From Mycobacterium leprae TN (GTDB lineage Bacteria; Actinomycetota; Actinomycetes; Mycobacteriales; Mycobacteriaceae): a stretch of DNA of 32,000 bases. This document shows positions 22,620 to 32,000 of the stretch, in pieces. The first letter of the stretch is position 1. Each line of letters starts with the position of its first letter. Below the pieces are notes generated by a model that saw nothing but the letters and a program-made list of their open reading frames with translations, was not told the origin of the DNA and made no database searches. The position numbers and the translations under genes were made by a program. Where the stretch lies: NCBI RefSeq assembly GCF_000195855.1, contig NC_002677.1, positions 2,520,001-2,552,000 on the forward strand. The letters run 5' to 3'.

Positions 22620-22895
22620 ATGCTGGTCGAACCTGATAGAAGCCGCGAGCCGCCTCCGCTACCGTCCATGCTGCTCGAGGTCTGGCCGGTTATAATGGTC
22701 GGCGCTCTAGCCTGGCTGATCGCTGTGGTCGCTGCGTTCGTGGTGTCGAGCCTACAGAGTTGGCGCCCAGTGGCATTGGCCGGACTGGTCGTCGGATTGT
22801 TTGGTACCGGGATTTTCGTGTGGCAACTTGCCGCTGCCCGCCGCGGCGCACGAGGCGCACAAGGCGGACTCGAAACCTATCTCGACCCGAGATAG
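22620..22895 (+). CDS. DUF2530 small membrane protein (Rv0879c-like)
   Basis: ATG at 22620 gives MLVEPDRSREPPPLPSMLLEVWPVIMVGALAWLIAVVAAFVV..., 91 aa with two predicted transmembrane segments. Divergent from the MarR gene. Confidence 0.85.
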   Translation: MLVEPDRSREPPPLPSMLLEVWPVIMVGALAWLIAVVAAFVVSSLQSWRPVALAGLVVGLFGTGIFVWQLAAARRGARGAQGGLETYLDPR

Positions 22896-23006
22896 CTTGC
22901 CAAGGTCGGCAAGTCAAAAAACCCTACATCCCCGCGCTACCGGATCAGCCCATTCGACCGACCACGCCATACCACCACGATGACTGAGCACCACCAGTCG
23001 AAAAGG

Positions 23007-23816
23007 CTAGTCCGCCGGGGACTCTGGAAGCTGCACTGTAGACGGCTCCAAAATGTCGAGGACACCGTCGTCGTACGGCTCATACACGGATGAGCCGCTG
23101 CCCGCTGGAGCCGGGGTGTCGGAATGAGCACCACAACCGTACAACTTGTCGACAACATGCCCGTCGGCGGACATTTCGTTGCCGCATACCCCGAACATCG
23201 CGCCAAGCGATCCCACCAGCGACAGAAAGAAACCGCAATCGCGGCACACACGCTTGGTGGACCGCGCCATCGGCGAGTCGGGACCGTAATCGCCACCATG
23301 CCACCGCTCGGCCGCCGCCGACCGACCCCAGACACTCATTACCCAGCGTCGACCCAACCCAATTTCGGCGGCGATCTCGTCCACCGCCGGGTCACCACTG
23401 GCGTTGTAACCAGGAACCAACCGTAAGTCCTCCGATGTCGGCGCAAGCAGATCCCCCGGGCCCAAATCCCCCGGTCTGACCCGCTGTTCCCACGGCACCC
23501 ACTCTGGCGCGAGCAGCGCCGTCGGCCCGGGGACCAGTACCACTTCACTCACCGTGGCGTGCTCGGCACCAGGATAAGCAGCGACGACAACCGCCCACTG
23601 CCATCCCTGGTAACCGGGCAAATGCGCCAAGAACCGGTGAGTGGCGGCATTCGGATCTTCGTAACCGACTCCTAAGTAGTCCCCAACCGTCACAGAACCG
23701 CTGAACTCCTCAATAGCCGCCCTGGCATCGTCGGCCGCATTCGTGAGCACCGCCGCCAATTCTTCGGGCCACTCAGCCACGGTCGCGACGGCGGAATCCT
23801 CGACAGGCCCAGTCAC
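23007..23816 (-). CDS. DUF3027 family protein (Rv0877-like)
   Basis: ORF 23007..23909. GTG at 23816 with upstream AGAGGAGGT gives MTGPVEDSAVATVAEWPEELAAVLTNAADDARAAIEEFSG... It also contains the Cys motif CRDCGFFLSLVGSLGAMFGVCGN. Confidence 0.88.
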   Translation of the reverse strand: MTGPVEDSAVATVAEWPEELAAVLTNAADDARAAIEEFSGSVTVGDYLGVGYEDPNAATHRFLAHLPGYQGWQWAVVVAAYPGAEHATVSEVVLVPGPTALLAPEWVPWEQRVRPGDLGPGDLLAPTSEDLRLVPGYNASGDPAVDEIAAEIGLGRRWVMSVWGRSAAAERWHGGDYGPDSPMARSTKRVCRDCGFFLSLVGSLGAMFGVCGNEMSADGHVVDKLYGCGAHSDTPAPAGSGSSVYEPYDDGVLDILEPSTVQLPESPAD

Positions 23817-23925
23817 GCTACCTCCTCTTTGCAACCCATAATCCAATTCTGCCGGAAGACACAGTTTGCAAGCGACACCCGGCCTCCTGCACACGCATGA
23901 AGTCGACATAGGACAGAATTGATTC

Positions 23926-25665
23926 GTGTCTGGACGGCGGCGTAATCATCCGGGCCGTTTGGCCTCTATACCAGGCCTCCGGACCCGCACCGGCTCGCGT
24001 AACCAGCATCCAGGCATTGCGAACTACCCGGCCGACAGCTCTGACTTTCGGCCAGCCCAGCAACGGAGAGCGCTGGAACAGCGCGAACAACAAGCCGGGC
24101 AGTTGGACCCAGCGCGCCGCTCGCCGTCGATGCCCAGCGCCAACCGCTATCTCCCGCCCCTGGGCCAGCAGCAGTCAGAACCCCAACACAACAGTGCGCC
24201 ACCATGCGGTCCGTACCCTGGTGAACGAATTAAGGTCACTCGCGCTGCCGCACAGCGAAGCCGTGAAATGGGCTACCGAATGTACTGGATGGTTCAGCGT
24301 GCCGCCACCGCTGACGGCGCTGACAAATCCGGGCTAACTGCATTGACGTGGCCGGTGGTCACGAACTTTGCGGTAGACTCCGCAATGGCCGTTGCACTGG
24401 CCAACACTTTGTTCTTCGCCGCGGCCAGCGGGGAGAGCAAATCCAAAGTCGCGCTGTACCTGCTGATCACCATCGCTCCGTTCGCGGTGATCGCGCCGCT
24501 CATCGGTCCGGCGCTAGACCGGCTGCAGCACGGCCGCCGCGTGGCGCTGGCAACCTCATTCGTGCTACGCACCGGATTGGCAACACTACTGATCATGAAC
24601 TACGACGGCGCCACCGGCAGCTACCCGTCCATGGTGCTCTACCCGTGCGCGCTGGCCATGATGGTGTTGTCGAAATCGTTCAGCGTGCTGCGCAGCGCTG
24701 TCACACCAAGAGTGATGCCGCCCAGCATTGATCTGGTACGCGTCAATTCTCGGCTGACCGTGTTCGGTCTGCTCGGCGGCACCATCGCCGGTGGCGCCAT
24801 CGCGGCCGGTGTCGAGTTCGTCTGCGCCCACCTGTTCAAGCTGCCTGGCGCATTGTTCGTCGTCGCCGCGATCACGATCTCCGGCGCCTTGCTGTCAATG
24901 CGGATTCCGCGCTGGGTCGAGGTAACCGCGGGTGAAATTCCAGCCACTTTGAGCTATCGCTTGCATCGCAAACCATTGCGACAGAGCTGGCCTGAGGAAG
25001 TCAAGAAGGTCAGCGGCAGACTTCGACAACCGTTGGGCCGCAATATCATTACCTCGTTGTGGGGCAATTGCACCATCAAAGTGATGGTCGGCTTCCTATT
25101 CTTATATCCTGCGTTTGTCGCCAAAGAGCATCAAGCCAATGGCTGGGTCCAGCTGGGGATGCTGGGCTTGATCGGCACTGCTGCCGCGATCGGCAACTTC
25201 GCTGGCAATTTCACCAGCGCACGCCTGCAGCTGGGCAGGCCGGCCGTGCTGGTGGTGCGCTGCACAATCGCGGTCACTGTGTTAGCCTTAGCGGCGTCAG
25301 TGGCTGGCAATCTACTGATGACTACTATCGCTACCCTGATCACATCGGGATCTAGTGCAATTGCGAAGGCTTCGTTGGACGCCTCGTTGCAAAATGATTT
25401 GCCTGAGGAGTCACGAGCATCGGGATTCGGCCGTTCAGAATCAACGCTGCAACTAGCATGGGTGCTAGGCGGAGCACTAGGCGTGATGGTGTACACCGAT
25501 TTGTGGGTCGGATTCACCGCGGTCAGTGCCTTGCTGATCCTAGGTCTAGCGCAAACCGTCGTGAGCTTTCGCGGTGATTCGTTAATTCCAGGCCTCGGAG
25601 GTAATCGTCCGGTGATGATTGAGCAGGAGAGCATGCGCCGCGCCGCGGCGGTGAGTCCTCAATGA
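23926..25665 (+). CDS. Major facilitator superfamily-like membrane transporter (Rv0876c-like)
   Basis: 579-aa ORF with a Pro/Gln/Arg-rich N-terminus and about 10-12 hydrophobic helices (ALANTLFFAAASGESKSKVALYLLITIAPFAVIAPLIGPALDRLQHGRR; VLGGALGVMVYTDLWVGFTAVSALLILGLA). Confidence 0.88.
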   Translation: MSGRRRNHPGRLASIPGLRTRTGSRNQHPGIANYPADSSDFRPAQQRRALEQREQQAGQLDPARRSPSMPSANRYLPPLGQQQSEPQHNSAPPCGPYPGERIKVTRAAAQRSREMGYRMYWMVQRAATADGADKSGLTALTWPVVTNFAVDSAMAVALANTLFFAAASGESKSKVALYLLITIAPFAVIAPLIGPALDRLQHGRRVALATSFVLRTGLATLLIMNYDGATGSYPSMVLYPCALAMMVLSKSFSVLRSAVTPRVMPPSIDLVRVNSRLTVFGLLGGTIAGGAIAAGVEFVCAHLFKLPGALFVVAAITISGALLSMRIPRWVEVTAGEIPATLSYRLHRKPLRQSWPEEVKKVSGRLRQPLGRNIITSLWGNCTIKVMVGFLFLYPAFVAKEHQANGWVQLGMLGLIGTAAAIGNFAGNFTSARLQLGRPAVLVVRCTIAVTVLALAASVAGNLLMTTIATLITSGSSAIAKASLDASLQNDLPEESRASGFGRSESTLQLAWVLGGALGVMVYTDLWVGFTAVSALLILGLAQTVVSFRGDSLIPGLGGNRPVMIEQESMRRAAAVSPQ

Positions 25666-25672
25666 GACCCTG

Positions 25673-26161
25673 GTGCAACGCCGGGTAACCGTGCTGCTCC
25701 CGGCCGTGGTGATGCTGCTAGCCGCCGCGGCCGGGTTCGGCGTATGGCTGCTGGTGCGCGAGCCCGATCCACAACGACCTGAGATCAGCGTCTATTCACA
25801 CGGACACTTGACTCGCGTGGGGCCGTACCTACACTGCAACATGCTCAACCTCGACGAGTGTCAGACACCGCAAGCGCAAGGCGTGTTATCGGCGGACGAA
25901 CACAATCCAGTGCAGCTCTCGGTTCCTGAAACGATTAGCCGAGCGCCCTGGCGACTGCTGCGAATCTATGAAGACCCGACCGGCACCACCAGCACTCTCT
26001 ATCGGCCGAACACTCGACTAGCGGTGACCATCCCCACCCTCGACCCGCACCGCGGGCGGCTGACCGGAATAGTCGTGCAGTTGCTGACGTTGGTGGTCGA
26101 CCCCGCCGGTGAAGTACACGATGTCCCGCACACGGAATGGTTGGTTCGACTAACGTTCTGA
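25673..26161 (+). CDS. DUF2771 exported/anchored protein (Rv0875c-like)
   Basis: 162-aa ORF starting 7 bp after the MFS stop. N-terminal signal-anchor VTVLLPAVVMLLAAAAGFGVWLLV. DUF2771-like body PEISVYSHGHLTRVGPYLHCNMLNLDEC. Confidence 0.85.
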   Translation: MQRRVTVLLPAVVMLLAAAAGFGVWLLVREPDPQRPEISVYSHGHLTRVGPYLHCNMLNLDECQTPQAQGVLSADEHNPVQLSVPETISRAPWRLLRIYEDPTGTTSTLYRPNTRLAVTIPTLDPHRGRLTGIVVQLLTLVVDPAGEVHDVPHTEWLVRLTF

Positions 26162-26299
26162 CTTTTATGCCAAGATTGCCGCCGAACCATACTCGCCTAC
26201 CCAATCACAGCCTTGACGGCAATTTCGGCGCAAGTTACGAACCGGGTGGCGTGATATAATCGATTAAGGTCTACTTCTCCAAAGTTCTCTGGACATGTA

Positions 26300-27050
26300 A
26301 AACCAGAAATACAGCCAATTCTAGGCCCTTGGCACGCTACAGATAAGTTGGATATCGGCGTGCATAACTGTAGTAGTAATGCTTAATTTGGAAGAAGTCG
26401 ACGGTATCGCCAAAGCCCGGTGTCTGGAACAAATCACGAACGTAAGACCATAGCACTGGCATCTCTCTGAGGTTGCGCCTGTTGCACTTGAAATCCCCGT
26501 GATAGACTGGAATCGAAGCGGGCCAGTTTGGTACTAGAGCCGGACGTCTGCTTTTACGATGCTGTCATCCCTTACGTATCGCCAGCTGGTGAAGTAATCG
26601 CTCACCCAGTACAGCGCAGTGAACAACCGTTGTAGGCCTGTTGCGAGCCAGCAAAGCCACACCGGATACACCCCATGTGTTGATTTAGGTGCAGGTCCTT
26701 TTTGCTCACCTCATCGACCTAAGCCCGCAGCCGATCCGGGTAGAGCTGAGGTGCGCGGTCGCGATGGTAAGCGGCCCACTCCGTGGAGAAATTCAGCGCC
26801 ATACACACCAAATCGTTACATTTCTATAACGGCCGGTGAGTATGTCAACGATCGCTGGGATCGTTATGCCTTTGGAGTAGTCGGGGAAGTACTTGAAATA
26901 AACGTACCGCAACCGGAAGGATCTTGAGCACCGGACCGAAATAGAACATTCAGCTGCATTAATCCATGATTCGACTAAAAATCCGATGGAGAGAATGTCT
27001 TCCAATCCCAGTAGCCGCTAGTGCTGATGACAACGAGTCAATAACGGCCG
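26300..27050 (-). pseudogene. Glutathionyl-hydroquinone reductase (ECM4/YqjG, Xi-class GST) remnant
   Basis: The minus strand reads DYSKGITIPAIVD; LYPDRLRA; AGSQQAYN; then VYHGDFKCNRRNLREMPVLWSYVRDLFQTPGFGDTVDFFQIKHYYY. The last matches the family signature VYxGHFKCNLRRIxDYPNLWxYxRDLYQTPGxxxTVxFxxIKxHYY. Frameshifts and stops are present. Confidence 0.8.
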
Positions 27051-27374
27051 TTCTCTACCGGACAGCAATCATATCCGTCGGCAGTGATGCAGATAGTAAG
27101 ATATTTTTTCGCAAGTTAATTAGCAAATCCCGGCAACATAGGAAGCCATATTGACAATGTTCCCCTAGGGACACGCGTGTTAAAATATTTTCAGCACAAT
27201 TAAAGCAGCCTAACAAACACCGGTTAGACATCTTCGCGCTGTCCGGCGAATCGTGATCCAATTGGTCCTCTTACGAGAGCCGCTACCTGATGAAGACATC
27301 ACACATATCGGACGATGTCCCCGTTGAGCACCCGGTAGCCGAGTAGCCGCACCTGCGTCGGATCCTTGCCTAAA

Positions 27375-28760
27375 AATACATATTCAGTTAATCGAATTCG
27401 AAGAAGCGATCGGCACTGGCCTCTTCATAGGCCTCGGGTTAACAATCTCCGTCGCTAGTCCGGGAGTAACTCGTGGTGTACGAGATGATCGGATTCTTTA
27501 TGTTCTTCGTGCTGCTCGCTATGGGCGAGCTGTTTCTGTCGAACTTGAATCGACCAGTTGTTCGCCGACTTCACGTCCGACTTTTTGTGGCCAACAGCAG
27601 GCTTTTTCATGGTGTGATCGTACTGGTTCGCCCGGATCGTCACCGGTAGCTCAGACATGGTAGCGATCACGGACTACTCAGGTTCTGGTGGAAAGACGTG
27701 CCCGCATGGCTACCGGTCTGGTTACAATCGGTCTAATGTTGATGTTCAACTTGTTAAGTGTGCACAAGCCTTCGGGTAGACTGAATTCTGGTCTTGCCTG
27801 GTCCAGCTAGCTACGGTTGGCTGCCTCATAGTGGTCGGTGCGTTTCTGCTGGTGGCTAGCTTTGTTTCATCGCACGGTAAGCACGCGACGGTTGAAAATT
27901 TCTGGAATGACGGCGGGTTCTTCCCCTATTCGAGTTCATGGGTATGGTAAATGGTTTGCAGATCGCGTTCTTCTCATACATCGAAGTGGAACTCGTCGGT
28001 ACCGCCGCTGAGACAACAAACCCGCGCTGCACCCTTCCTCGAATAGTCAATGCCGTGCCGTTACAGGTGATGATCTTTTACGTCGGCGCTTTCCTGGCAA
28101 TCCCCACCATCTTCTCTTGAAGGTAGTTCACGAACGGTGAGTCACCATATCATAGCGATATTTTCACTGGCAGTAATTTGCCACTGTAGCGTAAATAGTT
28201 AACTTCGTCGTGATCTCCGCCACCTCCTCGGCAAATTCCTGTATATCCTATTCCGGCCGAATGCTTTTCGGTCTTGCAAACGAAGGTAATGCCTCAGCGC
28301 TGTTCCGCCGACTTAACCGCGGCGGAACAACGCCGGCGGTCACCCTACATTCTCATAGCTCCACTGTTGTTGACTTAACTTACTTACCACTGCTCTACGC
28401 TGGAGGTGCAGTGATCAGCGCCTTTACGCTCATCACAACTATTACGTCGTTGTTATTCATGTTGTGTGGGCGATGATCATCGTCAGCTACCTCATCTGCC
28501 AGCGCAGATACCCGCAACACCATGCCGAGTCAAGCTACAAGATTCCCGGCGGTGTACCCCGATGTACTGGATTGTTCTCACTTTTTTCGCATTCGTGCTC
28601 TGGCCGCTAGGCACCGTCAGGGAGACGACGATGGCCTTGGCAGCGTTCCCATTGTGGCTCGTGATCGTTGTGGCCGGTTAGCCAACCGTGGGACGCCAGC
28701 CGTGTCGCGCGGAAGAATACCGCCTCTTCCAGGCCAAGATGAACCGGATCCAAGAATAAA
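27375..28760 (+). pseudogene. APC-superfamily amino-acid permease remnant (CycA/AnsP-like)
   Basis: HIQLIEFEEAIGTGLFIGLG; VYEMIGFFMFFVLLAMGELFLSNLN; VMIFYVGAFLAIPTI preceded by GMVNGLQIAFFSYIEVELVGTAAETTNPRCTLPRIVNAVPLQ; LFRRLNRGG; YAGGAVISAFTLITTITSLLFM; WAMIIVSYLICQRRYPQHHAESSYKIPGGVP. Frames alternate throughout. Confidence 0.88.
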
Positions 28761-28839
28761 CAGTCCCAACAGGTTGCATACTACGCACCGTGACAAATGT
28801 GATCGGAGCAACCTTAATACTAAGGAGGACACCGTGAAA

Positions 28840-30690
28840 ACCGTAGAGCCAGATTGGACTCGCTCGACCCGACCACCTCCCAGTACGTGATTTACGGTCC
28901 AATAGCCTTAAGCCAATCTACCAGCCCATCCTCCAGTAGATATAGCGGCCCCGCAGAACGACTTTTGTCAGTTGAACATCGACTGCTGTCGGTATTATTC
29001 CATAACGCATAGAAGAGCTCCTCCGCCCGCATAATATTCGCAAAATTTTTAGTCCAGCTCGTATAATTGTTGACCGACGATAGGATCTGTCAGACACCGA
29101 GACTCAGCACACACAACCGACATGGCGAACAGCTCAGCACCAATACCGACAATGCGATCCAGAAATCCCTGCCCGTGTTCCAAAAAGACTTGCCAACAAG
29201 CCATCCCGTAAAATTTGTGCAGGCCAACTTACTCGGGGAACGTTCAACATACCACAGGTAGAAAGCGATCGGACCGAACTAGCTATGTATACGCTGCGGG
29301 CTGTTGGCCTTCGCCACAGACTAGTTTCAACAACTATTTTGCATAGATTTGCATAGAACTCGTTCACGCCAACTGTAACTTTTTCTTGCAACTTGACGTT
29401 AAGTTTCGTCAGGGCACCTTCGGTAGTGAAATCGGGTGTCAAGCGCCTCTCTGGCGATGAACAGCAGCATGTGATATCGCTTGATCCTTCGAAGATGCGG
29501 TTGATCCGCAGTTACCGCAGCATCCGCTCGGCTGTCACCGCACGCTCGCCACGCGCCGCGAGAGATCCGGCTGTCACGTAGCCCCGTCCACCCCGGGTTT
29601 GGATCAGCTCGTAAACAATACGGCAGACCATCTCACTAAACCAGAACTTAGCCAACGCCATTTCGATCCTTATGTCGTTACACCCTTCGTCGACCATCTG
29701 GCCAGACAGCTCCACCACCGCTTGCGGTGCATAATTGATGGCGACGATGAATGCAATCTCACTGGCAACCGTTTCATGTTTGCCAACTGACTTGCCCCAT
29801 GGCGCGCACTAGCTGGACTATTCTCCTGCGATCTTCAGTGACCATTTTGACGGCCAAGTCTTCAGGCCGTCACCTTCCTAGCCCGATTAACTTTTCGACG
29901 AGGATGCTAACACGATGGAGCCTGGTTTACCGCCGTTTTCGATGCCCCGTAGTCCCATGCACTTGTTACGCCGCTCCACGGTGACCCTCAGAGTGAATCA
30001 GCCTAGACCACGAATACGGCTGACTCCCCTCGATACCCTTTGTTGCGGGATACTCGGGCCATGACCACCAGCAATTCTGCTACTACAACCGTTGGTGGTC
30101 CGCAACTTAACACCTTCGAGTTCATAGGCTTGCCTATCGTAGACCGGTGTAGCCACCGAGGCGAGGCGGGCTGGATCTACGCTTCGATAAGCAGAAACGG
30201 CACCAGCGGCACACCGCGGCAAGAACATCCGCTTCTGTTACGAGATCCCAGCAAGCTTTAGTAGTTCGGCTAATTCCAATAAACTGGTAAACTATATACA
30301 GTACGCCGAGACTGGGGTAACGCTGGTAGTCATCATCAGCGCACAGCTGTAGGCTACTTGCGACATGTGCAAACCGCCATACTCCGGTCTGTATATTCAT
30401 GCATGCCGAAGCAACCCAGGCCGACAAAGTCTTTCACGTATTCATCAGGAATCTGCGCATCGCACTCGATAACACTCCCGTCAACGGCGACAAGAAACTG
30501 CTGCAGCTGGTCCAAAAACGCGGCTGTACGAGCCGCTTCGACATCGAACGGCTTAGGAGACGGATGTACGAGTTGGAAAAAGTGACCAAAGAACAGTTTT
30601 TTGACTAAATCTACTCTATACCAACAACTTTCACAGTATGCTTCGGCGAGGGTTCGTGCTTTCTCCTGAATAACCTCTACTTACTTCCCC
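28840..30690 (-). pseudogene. fadE10: Acyl-CoA dehydrogenase FadE10 remnant (Rv0873-like)
   Basis: The minus strand reads EKARTLAEAYCESCWYRVDLVKKLFFGHF; HPSPKPFDVEAARTAAFLDQLQQFLVAVDGSVIECDAQIPDEYVKDFVGLGCFG; LHMSQVAYSCALMM; MFLPRCAAGAVSAYRSVDPARLASVATPVYDRQAYELEGVKLRTTNG; MVELSGQMVDEGCNDIRIEMALAKFWFSEMVCRIVYELIQTRGGRGYVTAGSLAARGERAVTAERML; INRIFEGSSDI; HKFYGMACWQVFLEHGQGFLDRIVGIGAELLAMSVVCA. Many frameshifts and stops. Confidence 0.94.
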
Positions 30691-31434
30691 ATCACTAACG
30701 ACTTAGCACAACGTTTTGGATACCCCACTCCCTGCCCACATGCTATAATGCACCGATGTCCTAAGGATTAGGTATAAGTTCTTCCATCAGCTGTGAGCTG
30801 GTGCACGTCGCTGCCGAACGAAGTGGATAAGCCGTGTCGAAGCTGCATGTACCGGGGTCGACAGACTTGAAACACCGCCATCGGCCTCAGACATCAGCAG
30901 CTAGTCAGCCACCAAACACAGTCGCGAAGAACTGGGCTTCAGCCTCGGCGATTTCGGTGTGGATTGCGTGGCAGTCCACACTCAGAGCATCGATGTATGC
31001 TTCGGGAAACTCGTTGCTTCTCCCTGGGTGCACTCATCGCCGAAAACCTCGTGGTCGACATCGCTGGGTAGGACGTTGAACTTGGCGCAGGAAAATGTTG
31101 GAGGCAGCGAATTCGGTCTTCCGCTTGGAGGATAATTGGTGTCATAGGCACAGACAGTGCTATAGTCGGGCAGTCTCAACTGATGCAATCCAGCCTCGTC
31201 CATACCTAAGTTCTGGAGAACACCGGGAGCCATCACAAAAAAACTACTTTGATTCGTGGGTCTGTGACGTCAAAAGCTGGGGCGGCGTCCAGCGGTAGCT
31301 GGTCTCGAATGTCTGCTGGGATCGCTAAATGGTTTTTCACGCCCTACTGGAAGGCCAGGAATTGCTCAGTGTTGACTCGCGTACCGCCGATCCACAGCGA
31401 CGTGAATCCCCCTACGAGTGCCCGGCCACTCCAA

Positions 31435-31459
31435 TCCTTTTGTAGTCCTTTTGTAGTCC
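31435..31459. repeat. Tandem 11-bp unit TCCTTTTGTAG, two full copies plus partial TCC
   Basis: Direct reading: tccttttgtag tccttttgtag tcc. Confidence 0.85.
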
Positions 31460-32000
31460 ACCAATGTACCTCTAAACTGATTTGCCAACAAAGAAATTCG
31501 CGGTAAAGGTCAAGTCCTTTGTCCGCTGACAAAGTTTGCTAGTTAGGTAATCCATGATCGAGTGATAAGTGTTGGCACGGTAATGATTGATTGCAGCCAC
31601 CACGTACCCACGACTGGCCAGTGCCTAAGAACACCACACGTACTGCATGCCCGTTATTTCCGCGGCCATACGAGAACCAGATCAGCGAATTCCGGTAACC
31701 GTCGAGCACCGGCGGCAATTCGCGGTAGAAGTCCAGTTTGGTGAAAACGGCATCTGGAATGGAACGGCTTGTCCGATGGATCTGGGCCCTGAGTCGGGAA
31801 AAAACGTTCAATACCCGGTGCCACACACACTCTGAGGATTGCTCTCGTCGATGAAACTGACCTGTCGGAGGCCAACTCGGTACGTTGACGCCACCCGGGT
31901 GTCCTCGGGCACAAGAAGTCAAGGCACCCTAGGAGAGGAAGCCAGCCACAATGAGAAAGACGACGCTGCGCAGCGCTGCCTTCAAGCTAATCAACCCACT

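Noticed and set aside
30399-30608. 69-aa plus-strand ORF (MHAEATQADKVFHVFIRNL...)
   Set aside because: The minus strand over the same bases reads as the FadE10 N-terminal region (VDGSVIECDAQIPDEYVKDFVGLGCFG), so the plus ORF is spurious.

Overview
The window reads as a mycobacterial chromosome segment in advanced reductive decay. It is most consistent with the leprosy-bacillus lineage (Mycobacterium leprae or M. lepromatosis); this comes from recognising protein sequences and gene order, and no database search was run. About 13 intact-looking genes remain: prrA, prrB, gltA2, pdxH, fprB, an AurF-like di-iron protein (Rv0885-like), serC, sepH (Rv0883c-like), a MarR regulator (Rv0880-like), a DUF2530 membrane protein (Rv0879c-like), a DUF3027 protein (Rv0877-like), an MFS transporter (Rv0876c-like) and a DUF2771 exported protein (Rv0875c-like). 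They are separated by long tracts with only short ORFs. Reading those tracts frame by frame shows broken remnants of accD3, a DUF559/AbiEi-like protein, a TetR regulator, an Rv0785-like FAD-binding dehydrogenase, the arfC-arfB-arfA(ompA) operon, an Rv0897c-like oxidoreductase, a PE/PPE pair, citA, a VOC/glyoxalase protein, an Rv0882-like membrane protein, an Rv0881-like SpoU/TrmH rRNA methyltransferase, a glutathionyl-hydroquinone reductase, an APC amino-acid permease and fadE10. I found no convincing new biological system. The items most worth checking are the decayed glutathionyl-hydroquinone reductase in a mycothiol-using lineage, the complete loss of arfABC beside intact prrAB, a perfect palindrome in the divergent Rv0885-like/serC promoter region, synteny differences from M. 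tuberculosis H37Rv, and an unassigned segment at about 30.7-32.0 kb.
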